In this document: one piece after another, positions 1-13,004 of the stretch
How positions within the stretch are numbered: the stretch's first letter is position 1
Layout of the letters: each line of letters opens with the position of its first letter
Source of the DNA: Octopus vulgaris
Lineage: Eukaryota
Length of the DNA stretch: 64,000 nt
NCBI GenBank assembly: GCA_951406725.2
Contig: OX597825.1
Coordinates: 36,642,001 to 36,706,000 of the forward strand
Reading direction: 5' to 3'
The notes under the pieces: generated by a model
The model's input: only the letters and a program-made list of their open reading frames with translations
Databases searched by the model: none
What the model was told of the DNA's origin: nothing
Translations under genes and position numbers: made by a program

Positions 1-296
1 TTAGTGTGGGGGATGAAGTGTGATTCAAAAAGACATAACTGCTCTGTCTGCAACACCGAGGCTGAGCTGGTGGTTCAAGGAGATGCTCAAAGATCTTCCT
101 AGGGACACAGTGGAGTTCATGTGCCAAGTTCTGGAGCTGTCTTGAGTCCTTGATAGAAGTTGAGGATGGTTAATTTGAGTAAACTGTTATCTCCCAACCA
201 TAATCTAGTTGATATTTTTTGATTTTATACTTTCATTTTGAATGGGATGTTGTGCTTTCTTTTCTTTTTATGCTGACTGTCAAATTTACCCTGAAC
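1..296 (+). mobile_element. Degenerate 3' end of a Tc1/mariner (maT-like) transposon: transposase C-terminus plus 3' flank
   Basis: Frameshifted translation gives VWG...CNTEAEL...KEMLKDLPRDTV...CAKFWSCLESLIEVEDG*FE*, resembling the ...RLEAVVEANGDFIE* end of the element at 19.4-20.2 kb. A diverged second copy of 118-296 is at about 61271-61460. Confidence 0.6.
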
Positions 297-434
297 ATCC
301 ATCCATCCATCCATCCATCCATCCATCCATCCATCCATCCATCCATCCATCCATCCATCCATCCATCCATCCATCCATCCATCCATCCATCCATCCATCC
401 ATCCATCCATCCATCCATCCATCCATCCATCCAT
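297..434. repeat. (CATC)n microsatellite
   Basis: Perfect tetranucleotide run; source of the spurious IHPS/MDGW ORFs. Confidence 0.99.
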
Positions 435-726
435 GCATGTCTCTGTCTGTCTGTCTCTCTCATATATATATATTTGTATGTATGTATGTATGCATGCATG
501 TGTAGTGTTAGGATAAAAACTGCAAGTTTTATTGAATAAAGCCACCCAGGGCTTCTTGATAAAAAATTTATTTATTTCACCATTTTTCAAGCTGAGAACA
601 AACCATTTGTCGATTACCTTTTGAGCAGACAGCGCTTAAACAAAATGCAAGAAAACAAGAAGGGAGATAATCAACGTTACAATAAATCAAATGTCAAGCA
701 GATGTAAATTAGTGATTAATGGTTTA

Positions 727-1630
727 TTATGTGTCTGGTGGCCTAATTTTAAATTCTGTCAAGCAGTATTTCTTAAAATGTGGACATGCAGAAAATATTT
801 CATGCCCTGAATTTATGTAGTTGTTAGAAGATCTCAAGTTCTTGAAGAGATATAGTTTTTCAAGAGAACATACTAAATAGTTTTTGAACTGAATTTTTTT
901 TGAAAGGGATTTTCCACTTGATGTTGAAATTGATCTCATCATCTTTATGTTTCCAGATGAAAGCTGAAAGGGTCAGTGAATGTTTCCTATTAACGTGCCT
1001 AAAATTCAAAAGATGGTTTTTACATCTGGAGTTAAATTTCCCTTCCAAGGCTCTGATATAATGTTTGGTTTCTTATTTCTTTAATGCCCACAAAGGGCTA
1101 CATACAGAGGGGACAAACAAGGAGAGACAAACGGATTAAGTCGATTATATCAACCCCAGTGCGTAACTGGTACTTATTTAATCGACCCCGAAAGGATGAA
1201 AGGCAAAGTCGACCTCGGCAGAATTTGAACTCAGAAAATAGCAGCAGACGAAATACCTATTTCTTTACTGCCCACAAGGGGTTACACACAGAGGGGACAA
1301 ACAAGGACAGACAAACGGATTAAGTTGATTATATCGACTCCAGTGCGTAACTGGTACTTATTTAATCGACTCTGAAAGGATGAAAGGCAAAGTCAACCTC
1401 GGTGGAATTTGAACTCACAACGTAGAGGCAGACGAAATACCGCTAAGCATTTCGCCCGGCATGCTACGTTTCTGCCAGCCCGCTGGCTTTTATAATGTTT
1501 GGTCTCTGATATAATGTTTGGTTTCAGTATGACTATTGCTGAAACTTCCGTTTCATAAATAACAGAAGATATATCAAACTTCTGCCCTAGATGACATTTA
1601 AATTTGTCTCTACATGTGCATCCAAGGCAG
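727..1630 (-). mobile_element. Penelope-like element relic: GIY-YIG endonuclease region, interrupted by a SINE
   Basis: Minus-strand translation with frameshifts: GCTCRDKFKCHLGQKFDISSVIYETEVS...ETKHYIRALEGKFNSRCKNH..FRH...LSAFIWKHKDDEINFNIKWKI...CSLEKLYL...EIFSACPH. This matches the PLE pattern CxC..C.L...VIY...YIG..E..FK.R..NH...LS.YIW.LK....IKW.I...C..EK...E..S.C.H. Confidence 0.85.
1073..1490 (-). mobile_element. tRNA-derived SINE family A (Meta-domain-like core), partial tandem dimer
   Basis: Minus strand has a B-box-like GAGTTCAAATTCC and core GCCTTTCATCCTTTCGGGGTCGAT...AAGTACCAG. Flanked by direct repeat CTCTGATATAATGTTTGGTTTC (1051-1072, 1504-1525). Confidence 0.9.
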
Positions 1631-2406
1631 GCTTGAGTTTTCTGTTACTTTTTGATATATGACTTAATATTAGCGGGACAAGGAAAGGGATTGATTAGTT
1701 TAACTAAAAATTCTTCAAGATGGAGCTCTAGCATGGCCACTGTCTAATAATTGAAACAAGTAAAAGGATAAAAGTATGCACTTGAGTCAGCATTTCTAGT
1801 CCTTATGAAAAAATAATCTGATGTATTATACTTTTGTGTGATTACATTGATGACTTTAATTATATATGATTGATTATTAACATTATGGATCACATTGCTT
1901 CATTTTCTCTTCAAGTAACAAAATTAATGTAAGATCCTTTTTAATTCCAATATATTCTCAATTATATGGCTCTTACAGAAACCAGTTTGTTACAGAATAA
2001 AGTTTTATTTATTGCAAGAATTTTCAACGAGAAACTCTGAAAATATAATATATGATAATAATGTACATTATTTACAATTAACGGATATTTGTTCTCATCT
2101 TGTTTGTTGTTAACACAACGTTTCAGCTGGTATACCCTCCAGCCTTCATCGGGTGTCTTGAGGAAATTTCAAACCTAGGTTCTCATTCCTAAGGTATTTT
2201 TCGATTTTTCGATATTATTATTATTAATATTATTATTATTATTATTATTATTCAGGTCACAGCTTGGAATTGAACTTGGAATCTTGGGGTTAGTAGCTCG
2301 CGCTCTAAACCTCTATATCATATGCCGTGGCATAGTTGTTAAGATCACAGGCTACTAACTCCAAGATTCCAAGTTCGATTCCAGGCAGTGACCTGAATAA
2401 TAATAA

Positions 2407-2557
<151 letters not shown>

Positions 2558-2632
2558 AACAACGACAACAACAACAACAACAACATTGAAAAATACCTTA
2601 GGAATGAGAATCTAGGTTTGAAATTTCCCCAA

Positions 2633-2678
2633 GACATCTGATGAAGGCTGGAGGGTATATCAGCTGAAACGTTGTGTT
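2633..2678 (+). ncRNA. Minimal type I hammerhead ribozyme-like motif (PLE type)
   Basis: GACAT-CTGATGA-A-GGCTG(GAGGGTATAT)CAGCT-GAA-ACGT-T-GTGTT: both core boxes, stem II, palindromic ACGT in place of stem III, and stem I GACAT/GTGTT. The mirror copy at about 2112-2157 (-) has a CCGATGA core mutation. Confidence 0.65.
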
Positions 2679-4386
2679 AACAACAAACAAGATGAGAACA
2701 AATATCTGTTAATTGTAAATAATGTACATAATTCCTCATCTCTTAAATATAGAACTGTATGATAATTATGATGTAAATATATTTCAAAATCTCCTTCAGC
2801 TGCATCACAGGTTACTAGGAGGGTCAAGGGTCAAGGATCAAAAGTCCTCCCCAAACCATAGGTTCATAAGGCCAGTTTCCTGGATTCTGTGGTGTCTACA
2901 TTTCCATGCTTGATGGGTTACCACTCCATTGCAGGATTACTCATTTCTCCTGAGTGGACTGGAGCAATGGGGAAATGAAGTGTTTTGCTTTAGAACAATG
3001 CATTGCCCTATCCAGAAATTGAAACCTCAATCTTATGATCATGAGTGCAACACTAACTACTGGGCCATGTGCCTCCACATAAAATGCATTCAGTCATACT
3101 GTAAGACACACACAACAAGGTTAGCCAATCCTCTCAGGTTACTGTGTGCAAAGTAATGAGGACCTCGACAAGATACAGTGGGACTTGTCAAATCCCTCAC
3201 TATCAAGGAAAAAACATATGAACATAAAATGACAATTTGGATATTTTTGCATGTAAATATGAATATATGCTGATATGTGGCTGAATGAATAAAATATGAA
3301 ACCATTTTCTTAAGAATTATGAGATCAAATTTGATATTTTTCTTATTTAATTTCAATATTTGTTTAAAACTATTTTACATCCATTTCTGCATTCCTGGAA
3401 GTGTTCGTTTTGGTTTCTACTGGAGTTATGGCTTTTACAACCATTTCCCCTTTTGGCTGCTAATCACTCAACTTTGGAGCAGGAGTGGAACATCCTTAAA
3501 AAAAAAACAAAAAAAGAAAAAGCAAATAATAAAAAACAACCCCAAAAGTTGAGTGAATTACTGATGGCCTGCTGTGTGGAAGGTGTATAGTAGAAACTTT
3601 TCTGCTACTTATTTTATCAACCCTAAAAGAATAAAAAGCAAAATTAATTGATAAGATATGTAAAAAAAAGAATGAAAAAAAATGCTTATGTATCACTGAA
3701 GGAAGTAAGTTTTGCTTGTGATTACATGGAGACCTAAACAATGAGCAAATATGTGATGCGTACTTACTTGTAAGTGATGGTTGGCTGTACAAGAGGAAGC
3801 CTTTTCTAGGCCTTCTGAAACTGGTCAAGGGAGGGAAGAAAGAAACCACAACTCCTAGTAGGAAGCAGCACAACTTTTATAGTTAGACTGGAGATATGAC
3901 CCAAATGCTTACAACAGAGCAGACTCCCTTAGAAACACCCAAGTGCCAAGTAGTGGTTTTAAACTGAGTGAGAGAGATTAAGTTTACTTCCAAAGACTCT
4001 ATTACAACAATTGTGACTATTTCAATATTTGACTCTGAAAGAAATAAAGCTATTGATCCACTCTGTTGGTTCAATTTAAATGGGAGATATCAAAGGATAT
4101 ATATGATTGATACAAGTGTCCCAATCCCTATAACCAAAAAGTACCCCTGAATATCAATAGCTATGTATATATCCTGAAGATAAAATATTTTCTTGACATA
4201 GATTGGGAAGGTCAGTCAATACTGAAATGCATATACATGCAATACTCCTCATTAGTAGAATTAATTTTGATTTCTTAATTTCTTTATTAATCCAGCCATT
4301 GTGTGCTATGTGTATAAATGTATTATAGTTTTATGTGAATGTTTAGATAAAATTTTTATAAGATATTGCTGAAGTTTCTTTTGGTG

Positions 4387-4937
4387 GAATTCTGGTTTAA
4401 GCAACCCATATAATGTTGCATAACTTTCCTATTTTTTTGAAGTTTTCAGAAAATTTTCCTGAATCTATGTTCTACATATGGGAATTCAAATGATTAAGAA
4501 AAAAAAAGAAAGAATAATTTCTTTATGTGCAATTTAAGGGTGATTTAGCAGTTATTTTTAGTACATCTCACGACCACCTGATACTTTCCTTGTATTTTTT
4601 TTGTCACTCTGGCATGTATTGATGTTTCACAGTATTTTTCTCCCTATAAACCCATTTAATGGAATGATGAAACACCCAAAGGTGGCCCTTTACTGGGATT
4701 TAAGGCAAGAAAATTCAGACTGTCTGTATTTTAAACACTGATTTTTTTAAAAAATTCAAAAAAAGCATGGATCTTTTAGGATTTAGGAGAGTGGGGTATT
4801 AAAAAATTTTAAAAAAAAATTGTTTTGCATAATTGTATGAATATCTGTTTGTAGAAAACAAATTCACAAAATATTTTCTCAAAGTTCAAAAAGATTAAAA
4901 AGTTGAGGTGTTATCTGGGGTGCTTAAACCAGAATTC
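4387..4937. mobile_element. MITE-like or non-autonomous DNA transposon remnant
   Basis: 17-bp perfect inverted repeat GAATTCTGGTTTAAGCA (4387-4403) / TGCTTAAACCAGAATTC (4921-4937) around a non-coding AT-rich interior. Confidence 0.5.
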
Positions 4938-6149
4938 TGCTGTTTTTTTCAAAGTCCATTGTATGACACAGAAAAACCCACTAATCAGAGGTTTGCCAAC
5001 ACTTTTGTATAATCAACACATGCTTTCATTACAGTAATATGAAACCATTTGCTAAAAGTTCCTTCATGCAAAAGCTTTGATCTGTAGAATATTACATTTA
5101 CATTGATTTTGTTACACTCCATTTACATTTTGATTTCAAACCTGGCTAAGGTCAACTTTGCCTTTCATTTTTCCTGGGGTCAAATAAATAAGTATCAGTA
5201 AAGTTTTTCGGTAGGGTTCTGATTTAATCGATCAACTCTCTCTCCCCACAAATTTCTGGTCCTGTGTAATTATCACAGGAATCAGTATTTCTATTGATTT
5301 ATGTGCCACTTTGCCAAATGATCAAGCAATTGGTGGAAATTCATTTCGTATTCATGTTTCATTGATAACACCTTCGCTATTTTTAACTTTTGTTTAACAA
5401 AATTTTCTCTCTGTCTTTTTCTATTTCCATTTCTTTACTGGTCTGTGAGAACCGTTTACCATTAACATAGTCACAATAAGTTAAAATCTGATTTGTCTGC
5501 TCATAAAATCTTCATATGAAATGTCATGTGAGTGCAAGTAAAACAACAATAATAGTAAATCCTTATAAAATTATATCTGATAACACAAAGAAACATCATG
5601 GTACAATAATGTTGTTGTTGTATAGCCCTTGGTCAGATTTGATCAAGCAGAATTATGGTTAAAAACATTCCAGCAATGGCCACCCTATTCCTTTCCAAAA
5701 CATAGTGCACCCATGAAACAGTTATCTAATATGTCCTTTGCTTCTAAGATTGTAGGTGTGTAATTTGAGGGTGTTTGATTGATATTGCTAGCAGTTAGAG
5801 TGACCACATATTAAATTCATTTGTATTGAAGCATTCACTGGATCCTTCAGACTGGATAGGGACAATTATTTTTTAAAGCTCAGTTTGTAATGTAGTCCAA
5901 AGTAAACGGATAAAAAGAGTCAATAAATATTAAAACAACTTTCTTGATAGTAAGTATTTTTGTTGTTATTCATAAAGAAAGGGAAGAATATGAGGTGTTG
6001 GAAAAATTCTCTGCAGAGATGTATAGGAAAACACATCGACATAGATACACACACACACATATACATACATATGTATAAATGCATGATAAATGCATGTATG
6101 TATAAAGGATATGTATGTATGCATAATGATATGTATGTATATATGTATG

Positions 6150-6186
<37 letters not shown>

Positions 6187-6724
6187 CATTTTCATTTTAT
6201 CTAGTTTCAGCTCATGAGCTGTGGCCATGCTGGGGCACCGCCATATATATATATATAAGCTTTAAGCTTATATAAATACCACTATTATTACCAGCAAATC
6301 TACCAATCTACAATGGAGGCATAAAATGAGGGAGGGAAGTCATAACAGCAGTATGTATTGAGAAATGTGCAAATGGACTTGATAGATTACTGGGTGATGT
6401 CTTAGAGAAATCACATTCTTGTTGGTGATACAGCATTTTGTTGCAGCTATATGACGTGTGTTTGCGACTAAGTGACAGGTGATGACGATTCACTCCTGAA
6501 CTCCCAGCCTCTGTATCATGAATGGTTATGTGGACCGGTTCTAATAAATGAGAGCTTCTTTTGACCACTACGTAAAAAGTATTAAGAAAAAAATGTTATT
6601 TAGATATACTTTCATTTTAGTTGTTTACACTATTTTAGGCTTGTTTATACTCTTATACATTCAAAGTTCACACATTTCCTTATTTAAATTATGAATCATA
6701 TTCCTTTCCATAATATCAATATGA

Positions 6725-6910
6725 TTACAAAACTTCTTTGTAGACGATATTTTTTGTTTGGTTGACACTAAGTTCTAAATTACTAGAGTCCGTTGCTGTA
6801 CTCATAGCGACATATAACTGGCTGTTTGTAATTATCAGATTAGGTAAAAGTACACCTGCATGATCTAAAGTCTGGCCCTGTGCCTTGGTTGCTGTGAATA
6901 CGTGAGCAGA
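6725..6910 (-). mobile_element. Helitron RepHel (PIF1-type helicase) C-terminal fragment
   Basis: TATKAQGQTLDHAGVLLPNLIITNSQLYVAMS...TKNIVYKEVL* matches Helitron helicase motifs (T.NKSQGQTL..VG..L....FSHGQLYVA.SR...TKNIVY.EVL*). Confidence 0.85.
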
Positions 6911-7194
6911 ATCTTTAGGCTTGCAAAGAATCAAACTAAGACTTACCTCTCACTGTTCTATGTGAATAATGTCTGGATGTTTTGGTACGTTAGGTTATTT
7001 TGATTGACAAAACTGAGATGTAAACAACAGCTACTTCGATTAGCCATTTCGAACCCTGCTTGAGACTGACACTTCAATAACGACTAAATAATCACACACA
7101 CTATATACTGGCATACACTTTTTCCATTTTATTTTCTCTTTTAACCGTTCCTGCAACTCCTTTCATATCTACAATGGGGTCACGAACTATGCAA

Positions 7195-8090
7195 CGAAAA
7201 TCCAGAGATACTCGCAGTCGGTGAATTTTTAATAAAAATGTGAAGGTGGTTTATCAATTCAAAAATCAATATCCACAAAATAATCATAATTTCTGGTTTC
7301 TTAATGCCAAAAACCTCCCTAACGACCATCTTTGTAATACTGTAAAATATCATAACCACTGGTTCAGCCGTCTGGCCGTGAAGAGGGAACAGACAAAGAG
7401 AGGGACAAATGGACATAACACCCATTATAGTAAGATAGCAAATCTGCCCATCTATGATGGGAAATAAAGGGATAGTATTGCACATCTGAACCTTCTACAT
7501 TCATGAACTATACAGGGGTGGGAAAATCCAGAGTTAATCCTCGTTGCCGGAAATTTATCAAAGAAAAAAAATCAAAGGTTATTTTTTAATACAAAACTCA
7601 ATATCCACTAAATAATCATACTTTTTCACATTTTTTTCACTAAAAACCTTCCTGATTACCTCCTTCATAACCCTGGAAAACATCATGACCATTGGTGCAG
7701 CCATTTGACTGTGAAGAGGGAACAGACAGATGGACATAGATATAGTAAAATTTACAAAATTGTAAAACTTGGCACCATATATAACAAAAACAGTTTGCCT
7801 GTATTTATATATATATATTGTTCTATTAAATTAAAGTCTTTAAAATAAAAACAGCAATAGAAATTGCTTAATTGAATCAATTGAATGCATACGGTTCTTG
7901 AGAAGATCATACTTGATAGAAAGCTTGCACCATTTCAGTTGCAAAACCTATGAATATCATTTACATGACTCGAATGCATCTGGATAAACATATATGTAAA
8001 TTTGAAAAAAAAGTTGCAATAAACAAACTGTTGTTTCTACACGTATAGGCAAACTGAAGGAGAAAGAGGTCACATCCTTTAATATATAGA
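7195..8090 (-). mobile_element. Non-autonomous Helitron-like 5' segments with an internal duplication
   Basis: Minus-strand starts ATCTTACTATAAT (about 7437) and ATCTATATATTAAA (about 8090). About 7200-7400 is duplicated, diverged, at about 7530-7740. Adjacent to the helicase fragment. Confidence 0.45.
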
Positions 8091-10024
8091 TTTATCAGCT
8101 TCTTTATCATTGGTTGATACCACAAAAAGATTCCGTAATAGGCACTGATTCGACCAATCAGAACTGGTGTTAATCATCACTTTGGTTGGGCTCTGATTCT
8201 GGATGCATGCTAGCAATATTTCTATATTTTGCAGAATAGTTTTAAAATTATATCAACCTATGAAAAAAGAAGCTTATGAATCCATATTTGACATCCATGA
8301 TGCTGGGATTTCCTTGGTTTAGTAGATGCTCACCTGTTGGCTCAGTATATACACTTTTGCTTACTCAGTAGATACTCCCTTATTGTTTAGCCCTTCAGCA
8401 TTCTGTCAAATGTAATGCTTTTTCATATACATTGCTTTGAATTAATCATGTATTATCTTGTGGCTTCAAGATTTCGATGATGTGATTGTTTATTTTTACA
8501 ATAACATTGTAGGATAGGTGTGAGATGTTGGATCTGGCCAGTTTGAACATAAAAAATGCAGAATACTTTGACTGGATGTGACCAGTTTAAATGCTAATTT
8601 GTTAAGCTAAGGTTGTCCTTTTAGCTCAGTATATGTTCCTCTGTTGGCTCAGTAGATATTCTCCTGTTAGTATAGTAGTGGTTCTTCTTTTAGCTCAGTA
8701 GACACTTCCTTATTGGCTTATTGAACAATTATAAGTGGCTGAGTATTCCAGAGACTTGTGACCCTTTTAACATAAGCCTCAAACAGAATCAATATGATAA
8801 CACTATATTAATTATTGTAGTTTTCCATTACTCCAGAATTTGTTAAATTAGTGATGTGAGACATAAGAAACAAACAAGATCAATGAGGATCTCCTGAGCC
8901 ACAAAATTTGTTTTTTAGGGGGCTGTAGTTACTGATTGCACTACATAAACACCTGCTATTCAATCCCTTTGAATTAATATAATTTATTTGAAGGTGAATA
9001 GCATGTGCTTAGAAATGTAGTTGGCAACATGATCAACAAGCATGCAATGAATTTATGGTTTGATTTCCATCTCAGTGAGCATGTTTCTCTGTCTTAAATT
9101 GAAATTTACAAAGTCTAATTAACCCATTGATGCATGAAGTTTAATTTTCATTCTATTACAAATAATTACAATTAAAGAACAATAAAAAATTTTCAAAAAC
9201 TCAATGTGGATGTAAAAGTCATAAAAGGATGGTTATATAATTTGGAAAGAAATAATGTTTTCTAACATTAATTCAAGGCCAAACATTATTGTCGAGGAAG
9301 GAAATACATGAGCATATTGACCCGAGTGCTTGACTTGTGCTTTATTTCATGAACCCTGGAAATATGAAAGGTAAAAAGTGATGCTAGTGGGGTTTGAACT
9401 TTGAATGAAATGAACTGGGACAAATTCCTTAAAGCATTTTACCTAATGCATTAACTATTCTGCCAATCATCTGCCCTGTGAAAAGCTAATTATATATGGA
9501 GAGTATTTACATTTGAAATAGATACTTTGCATCCTATAATTTTCAGACTGTTCCGGAGTCATTATGAATTAATTTGTTAAAGGCAGTACTCCAGCATGGC
9601 CACAGTCATATGACTGAAACAAGTGAAAGAATAAGAGAATAAAGTCTTACATTACAATTCAAAGATTTTCAGGTGTAACATGAGAGACTGAAACAGGGTG
9701 GAAGCTTGTCTCAAGGTAACTGTTCTTACTCTAGGAAAGTTGACTTAATCTGTTACCTGATTTATCATAATCACTTGGCTGTTTGGTGCTTTTAACAGTC
9801 ATCTGGGGATTAACTTACTCCCTTCCTTGTAATCTTAAAAGACCTGGAATGGTATATGAGCACTGCCCTTCTTCCTCTTACAAAAGAGGTAACAAATTAA
9901 TTCTCATGAAATTATATGGTTGTGAGATTCAGTATATAAGACAATTCTATTTTGGCCATCTAATGGTACATACTTTGGTAGAGTGAACATTAGTAGCTTC
10001 GATTAGAAGCATTGTAATAAGACC

Positions 10025-10248
10025 TATTTCTTTACTACCCACAAGGGGCTAAACACAGAGAGGACAAACAAGGACAGACAAACGGATTATGTTGATTATA
10101 TCGACCCCAGTGCGTAACTGGTACTTAATTTCTCGACCTCGAAAGGATAAAAGGCAAAGTCGACCATGGCAGAATTTGAACTCAGAACGTAGCAGCAGAC
10201 AAAATACCGCTAAGCATTTCACCCGGCATGCTAACGATTCTGCCAGCT
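10025..10248 (-). mobile_element. SINE family A copy with target-site duplication
   Basis: Family A sequence flanked by CATTGTAA(T/C)AAGACC at 10010-10024 and 10249-10263. Confidence 0.92.
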
Positions 10249-10540
10249 CATTGTAACAAGACCAATGCTGCTAGTACTCCTCTTGAACAGTTGGAAAAAA
10301 AAAGTGTGCATGGTGCCCTGCTGCATACAAACACACACGCACACACACACACATGCATTTCAAACAGCATTAGATTAAAATACCAATGTGTATAACATAA
10401 ATATACAAATGTAGAATGGGACTAGCTGTGATAATTTGTCTCAGAGAAACTTCTCAAACAAATCTGTGTATTAAAAAATACAGGGTTTTGCTTAGAATGT
10501 TAGGGGATTGTCAGACACAGTGTTTCAACTTGATCTGGCT

Positions 10541-11142
10541 TTTTGTTGCTAACTTTTGGCAGGTCTCTATAAAGGCATTAATTTGTCATAAGTTGCTGCC
10601 ATTTCATATTTAGGGCTATTTGTAGCATCCATTTAGCCCATTTGATGATTTCTTTGTCAGTATTCATGTTTCATTGCCATAAATAGCACTGATTTGACAT
10701 CTGCAATGAACAGCTTAATTTTCATTTGCATGGGCAATTTGGAGTTCCAGAACTTCTTTTGTTTGTGACAGGCTGCCCGTGCTTGTGCCTTCCTGAATTT
10801 GATGTCTGCTTCTAAATTGTTTACCCAACCACCTTAGTACATGAAGTCAATAGCTACATTTAGTTTGGAACTGCTTAATGCAAACAGGCAAAGATGGGTG
10901 CAACTATCTGGTCACTGCAAGTGCCACCCTGAACTGGAAGCATCTAAATTAGTCTTGTGGAATTCACTTTATGGTGATGTAAGAAGGGGGAAAAAAAGTC
11001 ATCAAACTTACATCAACAACTTGATTGCAGACACTGGCCTGGAATGTATCCAGGACCTCGAGACAGTGATTTTGGGACCAAGAAGTGTGGCAGGTAGACT
11101 GTTGCTGTGGCCTGGGTTGGAACCTAGCCATAATAATAATAA
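10541..11142 (+). mobile_element. RTE-like LINE 3' remnant with an inverted 5' segment
   Basis: 10541-10868 (-) reads DFMY*GGWVNNLEADIKFRKAQARAACHK.KKFWNSKL..MKIKLF...YG.ET*.LTK...ALNMKWQQ..TN..LY.DLPKVSNK. 10884-11142 (+) continues RQRWVQLSGHCKCHPELEASKLVLW..YG..RRG...TYINNLIADTGL and ends in (AAT)n. Confidence 0.85.
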
Positions 11143-11871
11143 TTGGTCTCTTCAGCAATAAATATCTCAGCCAAAATGCTTGCTCCATTACAAAAATCAG
11201 CAAACAAAATATTTGCTGATTTGTACAAAAGCTAGCTAACCTAGAACTAAATTAAAATATGCACTTGAAACAGCATTTGATTAAAATATTAATGTTATAA
11301 CATTTATAATGTAAATAGAAATGTCAGAACAGTGCTAATATGGCTGTAATGATTTGTCTAAGAGAAGCTTCTCAAAGAGATTTGTGTTATATATACATGT
11401 ATGTCTGTATATTATTTACTTCAACACACAGTCCTGTGCCACCGTTACAAAAGAAGTGAGCCAGTTATTGGCCCATTAGGAACATGAATGATAATACAGT
11501 TCACCAAATATGTAAATAAATCTCGTTTTTATGACTTAATTGTTACAATATAATACAATAGTGGTAGTAGTAAGATTTGAAATTATGACAACACAATTAT
11601 TATGCATTATAACCAGTAGACAGTAGTCTTGTTATTGTTCTTAATTACCATATAAATGCTATACTGCACATTAGTCCATTCTTGAACAGTTCCAGTAGCA
11701 CATAAGTCTTTAGTACAAGAAGAGGTTGCTTGCTTCTCACTGGACTCTTCTGACACCAAACCACCCAACACCTCTCCTGGTTCTATAATACAAACTTCTT
11801 GCTTTAAAGTGAGCTAAATTAAAACTTTCCATCGAAACTTCATGTTACTTTATGTATCAAACACCAATATA

Positions 11872-12040
11872 GGTGCAGGAGTGGCTGTGTGGTAAGTAGC
11901 TTGCTTACCAACCACATGGTCATGGGTTCAGTCCTGCTGTGTGGCACCTTGGGCAAGTGTCTTCTACTATAGCCTCAGGCTGACCAAAGCCTTGTGAGCG
12001 GATTTGATAGACAGAAACTGGAAGAAGCCCATTGTATATG

Positions 12041-12071
<31 letters not shown>

Positions 12072-12290
12072 CTGTGTTTGTCCCCCCAACATTACTTGAC
12101 AACCAATGCTGGTGTGTTTATGTCCCTGTAACTTAGCGGTTCGGCAAAAGAGACCGATAGAATAAGTACTAGGCTTTCAAAGTATAAGCTCTGGGGTCGA
12201 TTTGCTCAACTAAAGGCGGTGCTCCAGCATGGCGACAGTCAAATGACTGAAACCAATAAAAGAAAAAAAGAAAAGAAAAAGAAAGAATTT
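11872..12290 (+). mobile_element. tRNA-derived SINE family B (CCTTGGGCAAG after the head, internal (TA)/(TG) tract)
   Basis: Head GGAGTGGCTGTGTGGTAAG...GGGTTCAGTCC; tail ...CCAGCATGGC..CAGTCAAATGACTGAAAC plus A-rich repeats. Other copies at 35222-35632 (-, well preserved), about 57876-58235, 49320-49890 and 30975-31510. Confidence 0.88.
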
Positions 12291-12321
12291 AATAATGACA
12301 AAGATATTTCACTAAATTTTT

Positions 12322-12537
12322 GAATCTTTTCAGTTGCTGTCACAGATATGGAAATTTTTAAAATTAAGTGAAAATTTTCAAATTTGTAATCCTGATATAA
12401 TTTTTCATGCTGATTCTAATTTATTTACTCCCAGAAACATTTAGAAAAATGTTATAGGTGTTCAAAGTTTGATAACTTATAGTCCCATCAGAAAAGAAGA
12501 AAAATAGGAAATTTGTGACAGCAACTGAAAAGATACA
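12322..12537. mobile_element. MITE with long terminal inverted repeats
   Basis: ATCTTTTCAGTTGCTGTCACA at about 12324 and TGTGACAGCAACTGAAAAGAT at about 12514. Confidence 0.7.
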
Positions 12538-12641
12538 AATTTTTCAATAGAAATATGGTAATGAAAGGGTTTAATCGTCATTTTTGGAGAAAAGGAAGCT
12601 GTGAGTTGCCTCCTATGGCCTTACCATAGTGCAACATAACC

Positions 12642-12689
<48 letters not shown>

Positions 12690-13004
12690 TCAGTGGTGAT
12701 GGCTGACTCTAGTCTTTGACTGGAACTTCATGACTCCAGAAAGATGAAATGTAAAGTCAAAAGTTGACCTTAGCAGGGTTTGAACTCAGAGTGTAGAGAG
12801 TTTAAAGACATGTCGCACAGCTTTTATTCAAAGTTCTAATGGCAGTGCAAATTCAGAGCCTTATAATTTTAAGTTCATTATATTCAGATGTTTGCATATC
12901 AGCAGACTTGATGTATAGCCTCATGTTAGCTGATTGACAACACCTATAATCAAGAACTTTCCAACTGTCTTACTTTAGTATGCGTGTATATATATATATA
13001 TGTA

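Noticed and set aside
219-590. ORFs with IHPS/MDGW repeats
   Set aside because: Translations of the (CATC)n microsatellite.
3330-4200. Several splice-like signals and short frames
   Set aside because: One acceptor (about 3623) is a decayed SINE core, phases do not join into a coherent ORF, and no homology is recognised.
8320-8720. Recurring CTCAGTA(G/T)A ~23-bp units, superficially CRISPR-like
   Set aside because: Degenerate minisatellite split by a MITE; no unique spacers, no cas genes, eukaryotic context.
11649-11782. Open minus-strand frame with apparent AG/GT ends (PGEVLGGLVSEESSEKQATSSC...)
   Set aside because: The acceptor and first codons lie inside a MITE remnant homologous to about 41640-41760; no recognisable protein.
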